This document shows positions 12,543 to 26,427 of a DNA stretch of 64,000 bases, one piece after another. Each line of letters begins with the position of its first letter. Position 1 is the first letter of the stretch. Below the pieces are notes generated by a model that was given only the letters and a program-made list of their open reading frames with translations, had not been told where the DNA came from and ran no database searches. The stretch is from the NCBI RefSeq assembly GCF_037042905.1, contig NC_087245.1, positions 40,922,001 to 40,986,000 on the forward strand, read 5' to 3'. Source of the stretch: Lytechinus pictus. Lineage: Eukaryota. Position numbers and translations under genes: made by a program.

Positions 12543-13631
12543 TTAATTACAGTGAGCATTCAATAGTCGGATTAGATATGGCAAAGGACTATTTCTATGC
12601 CTAACAGTTTTACATTGCACTTCGGTGAATTTGTTATTGTTTCTGAGATTCTTAGAGTGTGATTCACCGCGTGTATGGGGAAGCCAATGTCTGAACCTCG
12701 CGCTAGGACCCAAGAGTCTCTGAGCGAAGCTGAGACAGAGGCATTCCCTGCGGTGACTCAGAGTGGGCAAACGGCACCGCTGGAGAACATTCTCGTAGGA
12801 AATGTACTGAAATCCTAGAATCATGCGACACGCGCGCTTCTGAATACGTTCAATTTGAACAACTTGGGTAGAAGTTAAGCCCGAGCTCCACACGGGAGCG
12901 CAATATTCGAGCACCGGTCGAATGTAAGAAACATAGATTTTAACCAAATCGTCAATTGGCAGTCGAAACCTGATTAGATTTCGCAGCATGTGCAGTCTCA
13001 CGTTTGCCTTCTTTACCATTTCATTTACATGTGAAGACCATTTAAGATCACTCTGTATATTAACCCCTAGTAACTTTATACAATCTGTTTGAGTAATTTC
13101 TTGACCCTCAATTAATAAAATGATTGGCAGAGGAGGGTTACGCATGAACGTTACTGTCATACTTGAACATTTCTTGGGATTCAGTTTCATATTATTATTG
13201 AGAGTCCATTGTTCTAACTCGGTCACACTTGATTGGATATTAGATGGAGTGGACGATTTTCTACTCTCCAACAATGTGAGGTCATCTACATACTTCCAGT
13301 AGGATGGGGGATTAAGACTGTTGCACGCATCGTTGATTATTGCAAGGAAAACAATGGGGCCAAGTCTTGTCCCTTGTGGAGCACCTGCATAAACTTCTAG
13401 CCAATCAGAGAAAGATGTGCGATACTTTACGCTCTGGTGCCTGTTGTTAAGAAAGTCCGCTATCCACGCGATAGCGCACGGGCGGACGTTCATTTGAAGC
13501 AACTTGGCAATGGCTATGTTGTGGTTAATCCTGTCGAACGCTTTGCTAAAATCAGTTGTAACAATCGTGGTAATCATTTTCGACTTTTCTGCGTTACTGT
13601 GGATCATCTGAAGTAAATCGATCAAGTACAC
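12543..13631 (-). mobile_element. 5'-truncated non-LTR retrotransposon (CR1/L2-group) RT ORF
   Basis: DFSKAFD, GAPQGTRLGP, KYVDD, LNPKKC, LLGV, IRPVLEY motifs; 362 aa open. Probable 3' UTR with (TTTC)n runs to an A-rich end near 10050-10080, interrupted by the HINE. Confidence 0.92.
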
Positions 13632-14424
13632 GCCTATTTAGCTTGTTGTACGCAAGCAAATGGGGGACTGAATGTCAAACATTTGTACCGTTTGCACACA
13701 TGACGTACAATCCAAAATGTACCGTTACACGGCTTTAGGAGGTGACGTCACTATACGGTTCATTTCATTGCGCTCAGTAAAAAATGAAGGTGAAATAGGC
13801 GTATAGCCCAATGGCTAAATGCGCAATGCTGCCCAAGGTCATGTGTGCTTGTGGGATTTTGCTTTCCGCTTTCAATATTTTTGCTCCTTTTTCACAGATT
13901 ACTGCCGGAAAAACTATGTTTTTCATATTTTCGCTGAAATCCAAGGCGTTGTATAAACATTCTTATTTGTGCAATGGTGCGAGATTTTGCATTCGGTGAA
14001 AGAAAAAGACACTATTCGACTCGGCTAATGCCTCATTGAATAGAGCATCTTTCTTTAACCTCGCGCCAAATCTCGTGCCATTGCACTTATGCCTATTCAC
14101 TATTTGTATACTAGTTGTAAAAGTTAAACATATGTGGTAACAATTTAAAAATTAGTTGAATAGAATGTAATAAAATGACAATTCAAGTGATCTATAATTG
14201 AAATATATATTGTGGTAGAAAATGTGTAATACTGAGAAATTTACAAAATTAGCATGGCATTCCGACAAGGTGTTTTTTTTTCTAAGTAATAATAATACAC
14301 TGTCCCACATGTACTAATCTATGTTGGTCTATTTTCAGCTAAAATTTCATGACTATACAGTTAGGTTTATGAAAATAAACCATACCTAAATTGACAATGA
14401 CTTGATGACAATTGAGCCTCATAT

Positions 14425-15299
14425 GGGTCATTCCATCTGGATTCACCCAGTGGTTGCACCCGACCGTCTCAGAATTTGTTGTAGTTTGGTACACATAAAA
14501 TTCACCATTCTTGTTAGTAAAGTGTTTACTTTTATCATCAAATTGTTGAGTATATGCCTATTTAAGGCTCCCATAAAAGTAAACACTTTACTAACAAGAA
14601 TATATATAAATATGGTATATATTGCTGAACATCAAATGCCTAAACAGATACCTATTCATGAGCATAAATTTTTAATGTTTCATCTGTGAACTGATGAGCT
14701 TAATTTCTTTTCATGTGCATGCATACTGTAACTTAAGATTGGAAGAAATCATGTAACTGGTAAACACTTTACTAACATAAATATGAGTATGTGGGACTAG
14801 AGTGAAATTTCATGGTATCTTTGGAAGAGTATTAAAAGGTGAAGAAATAAAATATCATCATTGATTTAAAATATTTTGTCAATATCATACTAATAATTAA
14901 CATACACGAAAATCAAGTTAAAAAATTATTTGTCCGGGGGTCAAACTCAAGGTCAAAGTAAAGGTCAAAGGTCACGACATTATAAATCGCTCCAATACAT
15001 TATTTGATGCATGTTTTGGATTCCTCTCTAAATTTCCTAATAAATGGTACCAGTTTCATGAAAATTGGTCAACACGTTACGGCGCAGTGGCCATTGAAAG
15101 TTGAAGGTCACGCCCATTTTTGTCAAAACAAGGAGAAAAGGGCGGGCCGTAGCGTGAGAACCGACGGACCAATTGGACTTATTTTTTTTGTTTTGTGCGT
15201 GGGCCATGGTGAATTTTATGCGTACCAATTTACAACAAATTCCGAGAGGGTCGGGTGCAAAATTACACATTCATTGGGTGAATTGGCATGGAATGACCC
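14425..15299. mobile_element. Non-autonomous DNA transposon with 4-bp ATAT flanks (possibly Sola-like)
   Basis: atat|GGGTCATTCCA..TGGAATGACCC|atat with extended imperfect TIRs. Confidence 0.7.
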
Positions 15300-15888
15300 A
15301 TATCAAGAACTTTCTCATGGGAACATTTATGCTTTTCACACTGCATATATTTTCCTTAACCTCTGGAAGTTGGTGGGACTAAGGGGGGGGGGGGGGTCTT
15401 AGCCCCACCGATTCCCAGGGTTAAGCTAACCCACTTTGGTTTCACACTACGTTTTAGCAAATTGGGCTAGCACGGTAAATAGTACGGTACTATCTGGCCC
15501 TGCAAAAAAGCAGGGTTAGCACGCTTATTGCTGTGGTAAGAGACGCAGAGTGAAACAAAACCAGGCTCAGGAAAAGTGGGGCTAAGCATTAGCCAATCAC
15601 AGAAGTTGAAGTTGCACGTTAATCACGCTTTGAGTGGCAAAATCCTCAATATTCATGAGCTGTGCGATAGTCCTGGGTTAAGGCGTTAACCCCGACTAAG
15701 AAAATAGCATGGGGTTAAGAAAGACAGTCTGAAACCAAAAAAAGATAGTATGGGGTTTAAGGGCTTAAGGATAGTCCGGGGTTAAGGATAGTATGGGGTA
15801 ATATAAGGAAATGCACTGTGAAAAGCATATTAGTTTGCTTCAACTATTGCATAGTATACTTGCTTTAAACATTATTTTGTGTATATAC

Positions 15889-16032
15889 CTTTTCTGAGGG
15901 ATCATCATAGTTCGGCATGTCGGGGAAGGTATAAATGTTGACATCGTCCGGAGCCAAGATGGCCGCATGTATGGCTGTGCTCTTCCCGTCCACCTCCCTC
16001 GAGTGCTTGATGACATCGACTTTGACAGGCAA
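15889..16032 (-). CDS. DTWD1: DTWD1 coding exon 2
   Basis: LPVKVDVIKHSREVDGKSTAIHAAILAPDDVNIYTFPDMPNYDDPSEK (IKH..E.DGKSTA motif); 144 nt. Confidence 0.94.
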
Positions 16033-16368
16033 CTGTTTCAAGGATAAACAAACCATTGAATTAACAAGGTTAAAGGTCATATCGGGCTGCACTACAGGGT
16101 GTACAAAAAAAATATAGGTACCCGAATCTACATGGCAGATCCTCAAAGATTACAATTGAATATTGCAATTTGAATTTTCGAGAATGTTAAAGAGCAACTC
16201 CTCGTCTTTTTATTGAAATCTTGTTATGTCCGACACCAAGAATGACTGAATAAATTAACCTGGGAGACAATAGGTACAAATTCCATTTTTTTTCTCCAAG
16301 TTTGGGTAAATTGGTTCAGTGAGTGAAGACTGATAAGTCAAGAAATCAACCTTTTCAAATTAAGTTAA

Positions 16369-16970
16369 AGGTCAAGTCCACCCCAGAAAAATGTTGTTTT
16401 GAATAAAAAGAGAAAAATCAAAATAGCAGAACGCTGAAAATTTCATCAAAATCGGATGTAAGATAAGAAATTTATGACATTTTAAAGTTTCGCTTATTTT
16501 TCACAAAACAGTGATATGCACAACTCAGTGATATGCAAATGAGACAGTCGATGATGTCCATCACTCACTATTTCTTTTGTTTTTATTGTTTGAATTATAC
16601 AATATTTCACTTTTTACAGATTTGACAATAAGGACCAACTTGACTGAACCATATAGTATTAAACAATGCTGTTTCCACATGTACAGGAAAAAAATAATCA
16701 TTATTTCACTTGGCAATGAGGAGAAAATTAGTATATTTCACATTTCATATAATAAAATACAAAAGAAATAGTGAGTGGATGACATCATCAGTCTCCTCAT
16801 TTGCATACCAACCAGAATGTGCATATAACTGTTTTGTGAAATTAAGCAAAAATTTAAAATGTCATAACTTTCTTATTTTACATCCAATTTTGATGAAATT
16901 TTCAGTGTTGTGCTTGTAGGATTTTTCTCTTTCTATTAAAATCAGCTTTTTGTTGGGGTGGACTTGTCCT
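16369..16970. mobile_element. TTAA-flanked MITE (Kolobok-like), family C
   Basis: ttaa|AGGTCAAGTCCACCCC..GGGGTGGACTTGTCCT|ttaa; inverted homologue at 41140-41733. Confidence 0.85.
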
Positions 16971-17255
16971 TTAAGTACTATCAGATGATTTGTTTTTTCT
17001 GATTTCAAACATAAAAAGGAAAAATGAAATATTGAAAGAAAACTGATTCCATTTGACTGTTTTGTAGACTTATTCTGTGAGGTATTTTTTTATTTAAAAA
17101 AAAATTAACACTTTAATTTCTAATTGACTTTTAGTTTTTGCATTGACAAAACAGAAAATTGAACGCATCTTCAGGTTCCTCTGACATTTTATTATTATTA
17201 TTACTATTATCATTATTATTATTATCACTGTTATTACTATTATTATTATTATTAT

Positions 17256-17973
17256 TTCCATTGTCCACAACTTGATGTTCTGTTGGTATATTAAACAGCA
17301 ACCGGACTTCTTCCAGAAATCTAGGGTTATTGTTCTATATTCTATCAAATGGGTCCTCTTCTCATTGTTCACTTCTCTTTCTAATTCAAGACCTTCCGTA
17401 GGATATGAGCTGTTCCATGCAAGCTTGCCTTCTGTATCGTTTCAAAGGACACCTCGACTCCTAGAACAGCCAGAAAGCTTCTGTGTCTTGTTGTTACTGT
17501 TCCTAGGGCTCCGATGACTATTGGTACCACCTTCGTCTTCACCTTCCATATCCTTCTCAGCTCCCATGCCAGATCGTTATACTTCTGCATCTTTTCATCC
17601 TCTTTACGCCAAGCTCTGCAGTCTCCCGGAATCGCAATATCTACATGTATGATGAGACATTCCTTATCCTTCTTCTTTAAGAGAACGATGTCTGGTCGTC
17701 TAGCTTCAATTACCTTGTCTGTCTGGATATTAAAATCCCATAAGAGTTTTACATCGTCGTTCTCTACTACAGGCTCTGCCCGATGTTCGTACCATATTTC
17801 TGCATGGGGTAAATGGTACTTCTTGACCAGACCCCAATGAACTGCAGCTGCTACTCTGTCGTGCCTTCCTTTATACTCAGTCTGTGTCATTTTGCTGCAT
17901 TCACTCACCAGATGAGACATCGTTTCGTCTTTGTCATGACACATTCTACATGAGGGAGATGTATGCTCCTGAC
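17256..17973 (-). mobile_element. R4/Dong-like RLE non-LTR retrotransposon 3' fragment, copy 1
   Basis: CRMCHDKDETMSHLVSEC zinc knuckle, RHD, RRPDIVL..DIAIP, EKMQKY, PIVIGALG form a restriction-like endonuclease; flanked by (TAA)n. Confidence 0.88.
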
Positions 17974-18020
17974 ATTATTATTATTATTATTATAATTACT
18001 ATTATTATTATTATTATTAT

Positions 18021-18578
18021 TTCCATTGTCCACAACTTGATGTTCTGTTGGTATATTAAACAGCAACCGGACTTCTTCCAGAAATCTAGGGTTATTGTTC
18101 TATATTCTATCAAATGGGTCCTCTTCTCATTGTTCACTTCTCTTTCTAATTCAAGACCTTCCGTAAGATATGAGCTGTTCCAAGCAAGCTTGCCTTCTGT
18201 ATCGTTTCAAAGGACACCTCGACTCCTAGAACAGCCAGAAAGCTTCTGTGTCTTGTTGTCACTGTTCCTAAGGCTCCGATGACTATTGGTACCACCTTCG
18301 TCTTCACCTTCCATATCCTTCTCAGCTCCCATGCCAGATCGTTATACTTCTGTATCTTTTCCTCCTCTTTACGCCAAGCTCTGCAGTCTCCCGGAATCGC
18401 AATATCTATGATGAGACATTCCTTTTCCTTCTTCTTTAAGAGAACGATGTCTGGTCGTCTAGCTTCAATGACCTTGTCTGTCTGGATATTAAAATCCCAT
18501 AAAATTTTTACATCGTCGTTCTCTACTACAGGCTCTGCCCGATGTTCGTACCATTTTTCCGCATGGGGTAAATGGTAC
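18021..18578 (-). mobile_element. R4/Dong-like 3' fragment, copy 2
   Basis: Near-identical to copy 1 with the same 3' end but more 5'-truncated; flanked by (TAA)n. Confidence 0.88.
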
Positions 18579-18675
18579 TATTACTATTATTATTATTATA
18601 ATTATCATTATTATTATTATCATTATTATTATTATTATTAGTAGTAGTAGTATTTCAAAAAAGTTAGTACCGTAC

Positions 18676-18867
18676 CTTCACGAATGGTATCTTGTCTTTC
18701 AGGGCAGGCACGGGGACATAACAGGTATAACAGAAGTATTTTCTTGATGCTTTACACAGAGAACACTTTGAACGTTGCTTCAGATCAGCTAAGACATCAT
18801 GGGAAGCGATCTTCATCCCTTCAAACGGATCGCTTCCATCTGCAGGCTTTGGCCTTTTCTTCTCCAT
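18676..18867 (-). CDS. DTWD1: DTWD1 coding exon 1 (ATG, CxxC..CxxC motif)
   Basis: MEKKRPK..RSKCSLCKASRKYFCYTCYVPV..IPFVK; in-frame upstream TAA; acceptor at 18955-18956; donor after 18676; 192 nt. Confidence 0.93.
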
Positions 18868-19403
18868 GCTATCACCGGTCCGCTCTACTAGCTGCCCAGA
18901 ATTGTTGTGTTACTATTGGTGAAAAGTCAGACAATAGCCGGCTATTATAAAGATCTGTGGTAAAAAAAAAAGATCAGAATAATAATAATAATGTGACTTA
19001 TAAAGCACCAAATCCACTCTGTAGACTGCTCAAGGCGCATAAAGAGCTAAGGCGCATAAAAAGCATAAAGAGCTAAGAATAAACTTGTACAAGAGCTATT
19101 CACGTAAATATTTATTTCATAATAATGGTATGTTAATGTCTTTCTCATGTTTCCTTATGTATTATGCTTGTCAATGCATGTAAGCATGCCAAATTCAGCC
19201 TTTTTTGCAGCCTTATGTATGCAATGCAGTTTTGAAATAAATACCATTATTGAATTGAAATGAAATTATCAGAAATTAAAAAAAACTGTTAAAAAATTTA
19301 GGACTCCTAGAATCTAGGACTATACATCGAGATCTGATGCAAATGCGAAACAATCTCAATATAGATTAGTCCTACTCATATTCATGAATTGAGCTGCGAT
19401 TTT

Positions 19404-19415
19404 CGCGCATGCGCA
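19404..19415. promoter_or_regulatory. NRF1-type palindrome (GCGCATGCGC), likely in the DTWD1 promoter
   Basis: cgcgcatgcgca ~450 nt upstream of the ATG-containing exon; a typical housekeeping-promoter motif. Confidence 0.5.
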
Positions 19416-19812
19416 GTTTGCGTTTGCAATGTTTTGGAATCGGCAGTAAATTAATACGTGTGAGGAAACTGTTACTGGCTCTAAATCACAATTTTGAGAC
19501 TGATAGAAGCATGGAAAAGAAGTAAAACTTTGTGAAAAGTAATAGTTTTTGTTTTTAAAGATCGTGATGTTGCATGAATTTTATATTTTCCCCTCATAAA
19601 ATCACACCTGGAGTATAAGAGCAAGTTCACAGGCTTGATATTCGGGAGGGGGTAACGTAGTGTAGCGGTAGTGAAGTGGAGCGCGAGCCTACACGAACAT
19701 CACTTGAGGAACCTGGTCCTGGACTCCTTGCCCAAAACTTAATAAAAAGGCCAAAAGTAACACTTCCTCATTCAACTTTCAACATGATAAAGCTGCGATG
19801 CACCCCCCACAC

Positions 19813-20275
19813 TAGACCAAAAGCTTCGGTCTCTGTTATGTTGGTTGTTCAGCTGAACTCCGTCATGTCCGTTGGCTTCACTCACCAAATACAGAGACCA
19901 AAGTTCTAGCGCGATCTGTACAGGGGACTCAATGGCCATATGTTTATGTATATAAGTTCGGATAAAACAGGGAGGTGAAGTTGCGCGACAGCCGAGGTAA
20001 GTCACTGTTTTTGTTCCTTTTAACTTGATTTTTCCCCGTTTTTTGGCAATTAATGCCAAGAGGGAATATTAATTTGCATTTCGGACGCGTTAATTTTCAA
20101 AATTTTGATTCATTAAAGACAAAAATTGAACAGCCCCGACGGGGGATTTTGCATTGTAAGTCCCCTAATGGTGGCTGCACGATAGCGAGCCGTCTGTGTT
20201 CCTGTGTACAAGGAGAAATTTAAAAAATCAAAAAAATAAAAAAACTCCTCGAAACAGACGGCTGCCAGCTGTCTA
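19813..20275. repeat. Dispersed ~460-bp repeat, copy 1
   Basis: High similarity to 50892-51340; termini TAGAC..GTCTA; internal inverted repeat agccgtctgt/acagacggct. Confidence 0.85.
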
Positions 20276-23200
20276 CCCCCACACACACAAACATACCAAG
20301 GTCATTATGATGATATTTGCTTTACATAGAGTGCTGAGAAATTAGCAAAATAGGCACGGAATTCCATCACTAAAATATCGGGTATTTTTCCAAGGAAAAT
20401 TAATACACTGTCCCACATATTCGATTCAGAATTATTTAGACACCATCACTTTTCACTCACAATGACTCAGGCTCAGCTCAACTTCAAGCAGCTCAGCTAA
20501 CTAAGTGAGTCTTAAGATTTCATGATTTCACAAAGATAAATTTACCAGATGTAGATCAATGAATTTAAAAGAATTTGTCATGAAAAAAATGTTTGCGGCA
20601 ATTACTTTCTTTACCCTTTTCTAATAATTGATTTGCTCCTCACAGAACTTCTTTCCTCCCGTCGATCGGTGAAATTCCGATCCCTGGCCCTTATGATAAT
20701 CAAGGAGACTTCGTGTTTTATTTTTTTTAATAAAATATAAATTTATAGAAATAAACTGTTACAACATATGATTTAAAGCATTTTGAGTTTCATTGAACAT
20801 ATTATATCTGACCTAATTACCAAACTGTGATCTTTTAAAGAACCTATTTATTCTAAAATTGAAGTGAAAGACATTATTAATGACAAAAAAAAAATACCAG
20901 CGTCTGGGACCGGGATGTACAAGCACAAGGCCGGGGATTCCCCTGGATTTATATTTTTCAGTGCCACGCCACGCACACTATTTGGTTCTTGGTTCTTCCA
21001 TGGTTATTCATAGCCATTTGCAGTGCGTCGTTTCTGGAGATTCATTCAACCATTTCTGACATTTTACTATCATCCCCATTTTACACAGACTGAAGCTTTT
21101 GGTCTAGGTCATTCGATGAATATAGTTTTTGTTTCCAGGTAATTTCCGTGATATGAACTAAAAAGAAATCAAGGGGAATCCCTGAAAACGTAATACCACT
21201 CCCCTCCCTTCTCTCTACCCCATTTTTTAATGTCCGCTCTCACTTTCCCTCCCTTCTCTTTCTACCACACTTCCCCATCCCTTTTTCCTTCTCCTTTCTC
21301 TCTTCTTTTCCCTGTCCCTGTTTAATTTCTATTTTTTTTAATCTTTCCTTCATTATTAATTATCTTCCTCTCACTTTTCCTTCAGCTACCTGTCCCCACT
21401 CCCCTCCTCTCTTTCTTTCCCTGCTCTCTTTCCTTCTATTTCTCTCATTTCCATCTCTTCCTTTCTCTACTTCCTATTTTTATTTATTCTTATTTATGAT
21501 TCATTTCATTATTTTCTTTGTTATTGTTATTTTTTTTTATTTATTCATTTTTTGTCTGGGGGGGGGGGGGGGGGCAAAGACCCCCTCATCCCCAAGGACC
21601 TGTGCCTGCAGCCCCCCCCCCTAGTCCCCCACCTCTCTGTTTCTCCCTCTCTGTCTCTCTTGTATAGCACCTGATTCAAATCAAATACAATTAATCCACA
21701 ATAAACATACATTTTGAGGTACTTACATTTTAATCAAAATGTATAAATCTAGTTAAAAAATACAAAATGAATACATGAATATGAACAATTTTCCAAAAGT
21801 TGTAGTTCACATGCTAATCCTTTTCTCATTTTGAGCATATCTTTATATATTCAAGGCACAATACTAACAACTTTGTGATATTCATTCCTTGTTATTTTTC
21901 TCATTAAAAACCTCTTACATATGAAACATAAAGGCCACATAATATAGTATTCTTTATGTACTTTTGCTCTTTTTGCTGTCATTTCTCGTATTATTAATCA
22001 TTTCAACACATTTCTTTTTAGAAATTCCTAAATGAACTGACTCCATTTGATCATTTTGACTGCCACACTTTATCTAATCTTTCAAGTTAATGATTGTGAT
22101 AAAAGTGGCACAGAAGATTAAAAAGAATAACCCAAAAATGGAAATTACACATGTAACAATGACTTGACAATGTCATTCAAAAAAAGCTTTGGGTTCTTAC
22201 TGTTTTAAATCCAACCATGCTAGGTTTGCATACTGGTTAACATCATGAGGTAAAACTAATATTCAAATATTTTTGGCATTTCCAACATTTCAATTCACTG
22301 ACATGTTTTTAGCAGAAACTGGAAGATAAATAGACTTTTAGCACACGATTGGCCAGAATACTACTTAGCACATCTCTAAACATATGGCATGCAACAGAAA
22401 ATGAGATACACATGTACAATTTTAATAAAAAATTCTAACTCAAGATCTTAATTACTTTCTCATAAACACTGTTCAATAAAATACACTTTTTTGGCACATT
22501 CAAAAGGTTCTGATCTATCCAAAAGTGGTATATTGTACATAAAATTCATAAATATAGGAGAATATATCAGAATGTAAGAAAAAACTAAAATACTTTTTAC
22601 AAAGACCAAGAAAAAAAACAATTTAAAAACATTCAAAGTGAGAGAAGAAAAGGGAAGAAATAAGAAAACATTGATTTGGCATGAAAATGATAAATGTGCA
22701 CCCCCTGACCCCCCCCCCCCCCCCCCCCCGCTCTCAACAAGTTAATTCCAGAACTCACTTTTTTTTGCAGGGTGGACGTGACCTTTAGTATCCTTAAATG
22801 GGTAATAAAAAGCAGTTTTCTAAAAGGTAAATAAAAAACTATTATCTGACTGTATGTACATAACAACATAAACATGATTTCAATTATCATACATTTTATA
22901 CTGACCAGCATCCCAATTTTGTTTCAATTGTAATATGAAACACAATAACAAATAACTTACTTAATCATTAATGAGCTAGAAGGTGAAAAAATACTATACT
23001 AGATCAGATTAAAGGGTAACTCACGGCTAATTGTTAGTATGAAAATGTGATAAATAAATTTTCAATCTCTATCGGATGAAAAATAAGGATTTTTTTTTCT
23101 TCAAAATTTTGCATGTTTTGGTGTTGTATGCAATCAGTGAGCTAAAGATTCTACATACTCTGTCAAAAACTCGATTATGTCATCTTCCTTATTAATTTGT

Positions 23201-24496
23201 TTATTTATCACACATATACAATCTGAATAAAGAATATTTTCCTTGTAAAACAAATTTGAATTTAAACATTGATGATCTTACACAATGAATCAGTAGTCAC
23301 TGTCATGTTCACAGTACTTGAACACAAAGTTGAATAAAGTCATATAAAATACATTAGAAACTAGTTGAGGGAGATGACATCATCAGCTCTCTCACTGCAT
23401 CTGTCCAATCAAATAATGCAAAATTTAAAAAAATGCAATTTTGTTCATTATTTATTTAATCTAATTTTTTTAGAATCTTCAGAGTTTACTCGTTCATTTT
23501 ACTCCATAGTCAATCCATTCTAATCATGTTATTTTCAGCCTGTTGTACTCTTTTTATCATTCATACATTGCAATGCTACACTTGCAAGATTAAAATCAAG
23601 AATACCTTTTCCTAAAAAATGAATTTGATTCATTAACACAGAAGAAATTTAACAAGCAGTACACTATATCAGAGTCATTGAGTACTCAAGAGAATTCAGG
23701 TAGTACAGTTTTCTTACACATATAGTACAAATTTCAAATCTAATTTGTATACATCTCTTATTAACTACAGAACTAAAACAGAATATAGTACAAATTTACA
23801 AAATAAAACGAAAGAGAGGCATATTGTTGCACACATCAGAATAAGTTCTGATTAAAAAATAAAGATAAAAATAAAGCAAGAATATGACCTACTTGAAGTA
23901 CGTTCAGCTCAAACTATATTTTCCTTGAAGTCATTGGTGGAGAAAATCTGAATTTCATTCAATGAATTACAAATAACCACATATACAGGTATATCAACCT
24001 TGCTCTTATTCTTCATAAAAAACAAATAATTTGTGTATATTTTCATTTACATAGTATTCAGCAGTGGCATACGCAGGATTTTTTAAAGGGAGGGGGCGTT
24101 TCAAGCTGAAAGAAATGTTGACAAACAAAAACTGCAAATACTATTTCTTGATGCTAACTTGTAATATATGGCATGTAATCACTTGGAAACACAAATGTCA
24201 AACATGAAAACAAAATACAAGTTCAATGTTAGACAAACACTTAACTCATTAAATATCACTTAGTTCCAGTAGCAACGGAGGAGTTAATTGATTTCTTAAG
24301 TGACGGGAAGACTAGATGCATTCATGCCATTATTTGAAGAGGGAGATGCATAAAAACCTGTGCTTAGATTTCTAGTATAAAACAAGCACCAATTCAAAAC
24401 CATAAGGCACGTAGAATTTATAAAATTGGGCACAGAAGGTAGATAAAAAGTCATTAAAAAAAATACATAGCTTTCCATTTCCCTTTACAATAATAA

Positions 24497-24766
24497 TAGG
24501 CATTTATATAACGCCATCTAGAAATAATCTATTCCGAGGCACAGTGTTTATTATTATCATTATTATTATTACCCCGGCTTTAGCTTGAGCTACCTTTCAG
24601 CGCTCAGGAATTAATCCTGCCGGGTGCCCTTTCACCTCACCTGGGTTGAGTGCAGCACAATGTGGATATATTTCTTGCTGAAGGAAATTACGCCATGGCT
24701 GGGATTTGAACCCACGACCCTCTGTTTCAAAGTCAGAAGACTTCTCCACTGGGCCACATCGCTCCA
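24497..24766 (-). mobile_element. tRNA-derived SINE (same head/body as 2712, different tail)
   Basis: The reverse complement matches the head and body of 2712-2840. Confidence 0.8.
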
Positions 24767-26008
24767 CTTTATACATTCCTTATGTACTCACCAGTTTAAA
24801 AATATCACATTTTGATGACTGTACCCATGTATTAATATCAAAATGTAAAAAGAAAAAAATTGCTGAGTTTACTAGTCATACATACTCTTTTGTTTGTCTA
24901 TGTACACATAATGAGTTGAATTGATGAGCACACATACATGTAGTATCTTCATTATGAACAAGATGGGGAATACGTGAAGACAAACGTACCATAAAACTGT
25001 TTTTAAGTACCTTTAAAACCACCCCGCAAGATATATTGCATATTTATGACACGAATACAGATATTTCTGAATACTGATGATACATATCTTTGGTTAATGA
25101 ATAATTTACAGGTTGAATTTGTAGCACCTCATAATAATAGTAATCAAGGTTTTTTGGCTTTGTTCAAGAAACAGCAAGGCACAATCTTTTTTCCAGTTTG
25201 AATACTGAAACTTGCATATAATGTTGCATGTAGAATACAAATGATGATCACCGATCATACAGGCCGGATTCAAAGGCAGTTTGGATACAATTGGACCACA
25301 ATTAATACAGATTTCATGACTAAGTACACTTCATCCAGCACATTCACTTAGAACAGTCCAGTAATATTCATGTTCAACAAAGGGAGCAAATCCAAAGAGA
25401 GATGGTTTGATACCAACTCAAAATCATTCAAATTAACTGAAATAGTCTATGAGTAAATTAGAGTAAACTATGAAATAGTGTCCAGTGACCTCAACTCCAT
25501 AGGCTTTCCACATGAGTAAGATGAAATATCAATACAAATGTTCGAGCAAGTTCTCATAATTCTAGCACTCCCCACGCATAATAAAAGTTTTATCGGCCAA
25601 ACAAGCTAGATCTGAAGATGAGATAACATACAGCAAGGAAGCATAGTCAATACAGAAAGAATTGGCAACTTGGCATCTTCTGCACCGATACCATGCAAAT
25701 TAAAACAGTATCAGGTAGAACAAGGCTGGCATGCAGTTTAGCATAAGTATGTTGTCCCTTAACGGGCATGCTCGATCCAAATCTCACAAGACATTTCAAC
25801 ATGGTTGGTGGCTGAATGATGGAAACTCCAGGGATGCTTTACTCGCTAGGCCTGAATGGAAGCCAGAAACACGCAAAGGCCCCATATGTACATCATAGAG
25901 CATAAAACAAGGCCTGAAATTGAAAGTTGCCAGGGCTGGCTGAAATCATGCAAAAGCCTGAAGACTGACATCTTTAAGACTCTCTCCTTCTGCTTACATC
26001 TTTTGGCC

Positions 26009-26427
26009 TCAGAGGGCGTGCTCAATCCCGCTGTCACCAGGTATCTCAAACATGGTCGGCTGCTGCGCGATGGAGACTCTCTTCTTCTGCTGAATGGCAG
26101 GCAGCACAGGAACGCTGGACAATGACCTTCCTTGGTGACCCCACGCCCCTCCTTGCGGCAGACCGACCCCGTCCCCAACCATACCGGGAGCATCCGGAAG
26201 CTCCATGCAGTCCTCCGCGTCGGAGAAGGCATCATCCAGCGGTGTCTCCAGGCGACCCGGGTGGTGCATGTTGCGCAGACGCCGCTTCTTGGAAGATGAA
26301 GTCAAACCCTGTCTCCTAGACCTAGAGGACTGGGAGCGTCTGTTGCTGCGTGGCGGAGGCTCAATGACCGCCTCTGTCTCTAAGGTTGTTCTGCCTCTTG
26401 TTAGTGGCCTGCCACTGTCTGAGGAGT
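26009..26427 (-). CDS. smo: Smoothened terminal coding exon (distal C-tail, stop TGA)
   Basis: tttcag acceptor; frame continues DSSDSGRPLTRG..KKRRLRN..IEHAL*, in frame with ORF 26009..26305. Total CDS 2325 nt. Confidence 0.85.

Noticed and set aside
11959..12559. Phe/Leu/Ser-rich 'membrane protein' ORFs
   Set aside because: (TTTC)n and poly-T low-complexity sequence in the LINE 3' region.
16710..16919. Similar small ORFs at 16710 and 41131 (TSSVSSFAYQP..)
   Set aside because: They arise from two copies of the same MITE, not a gene family.
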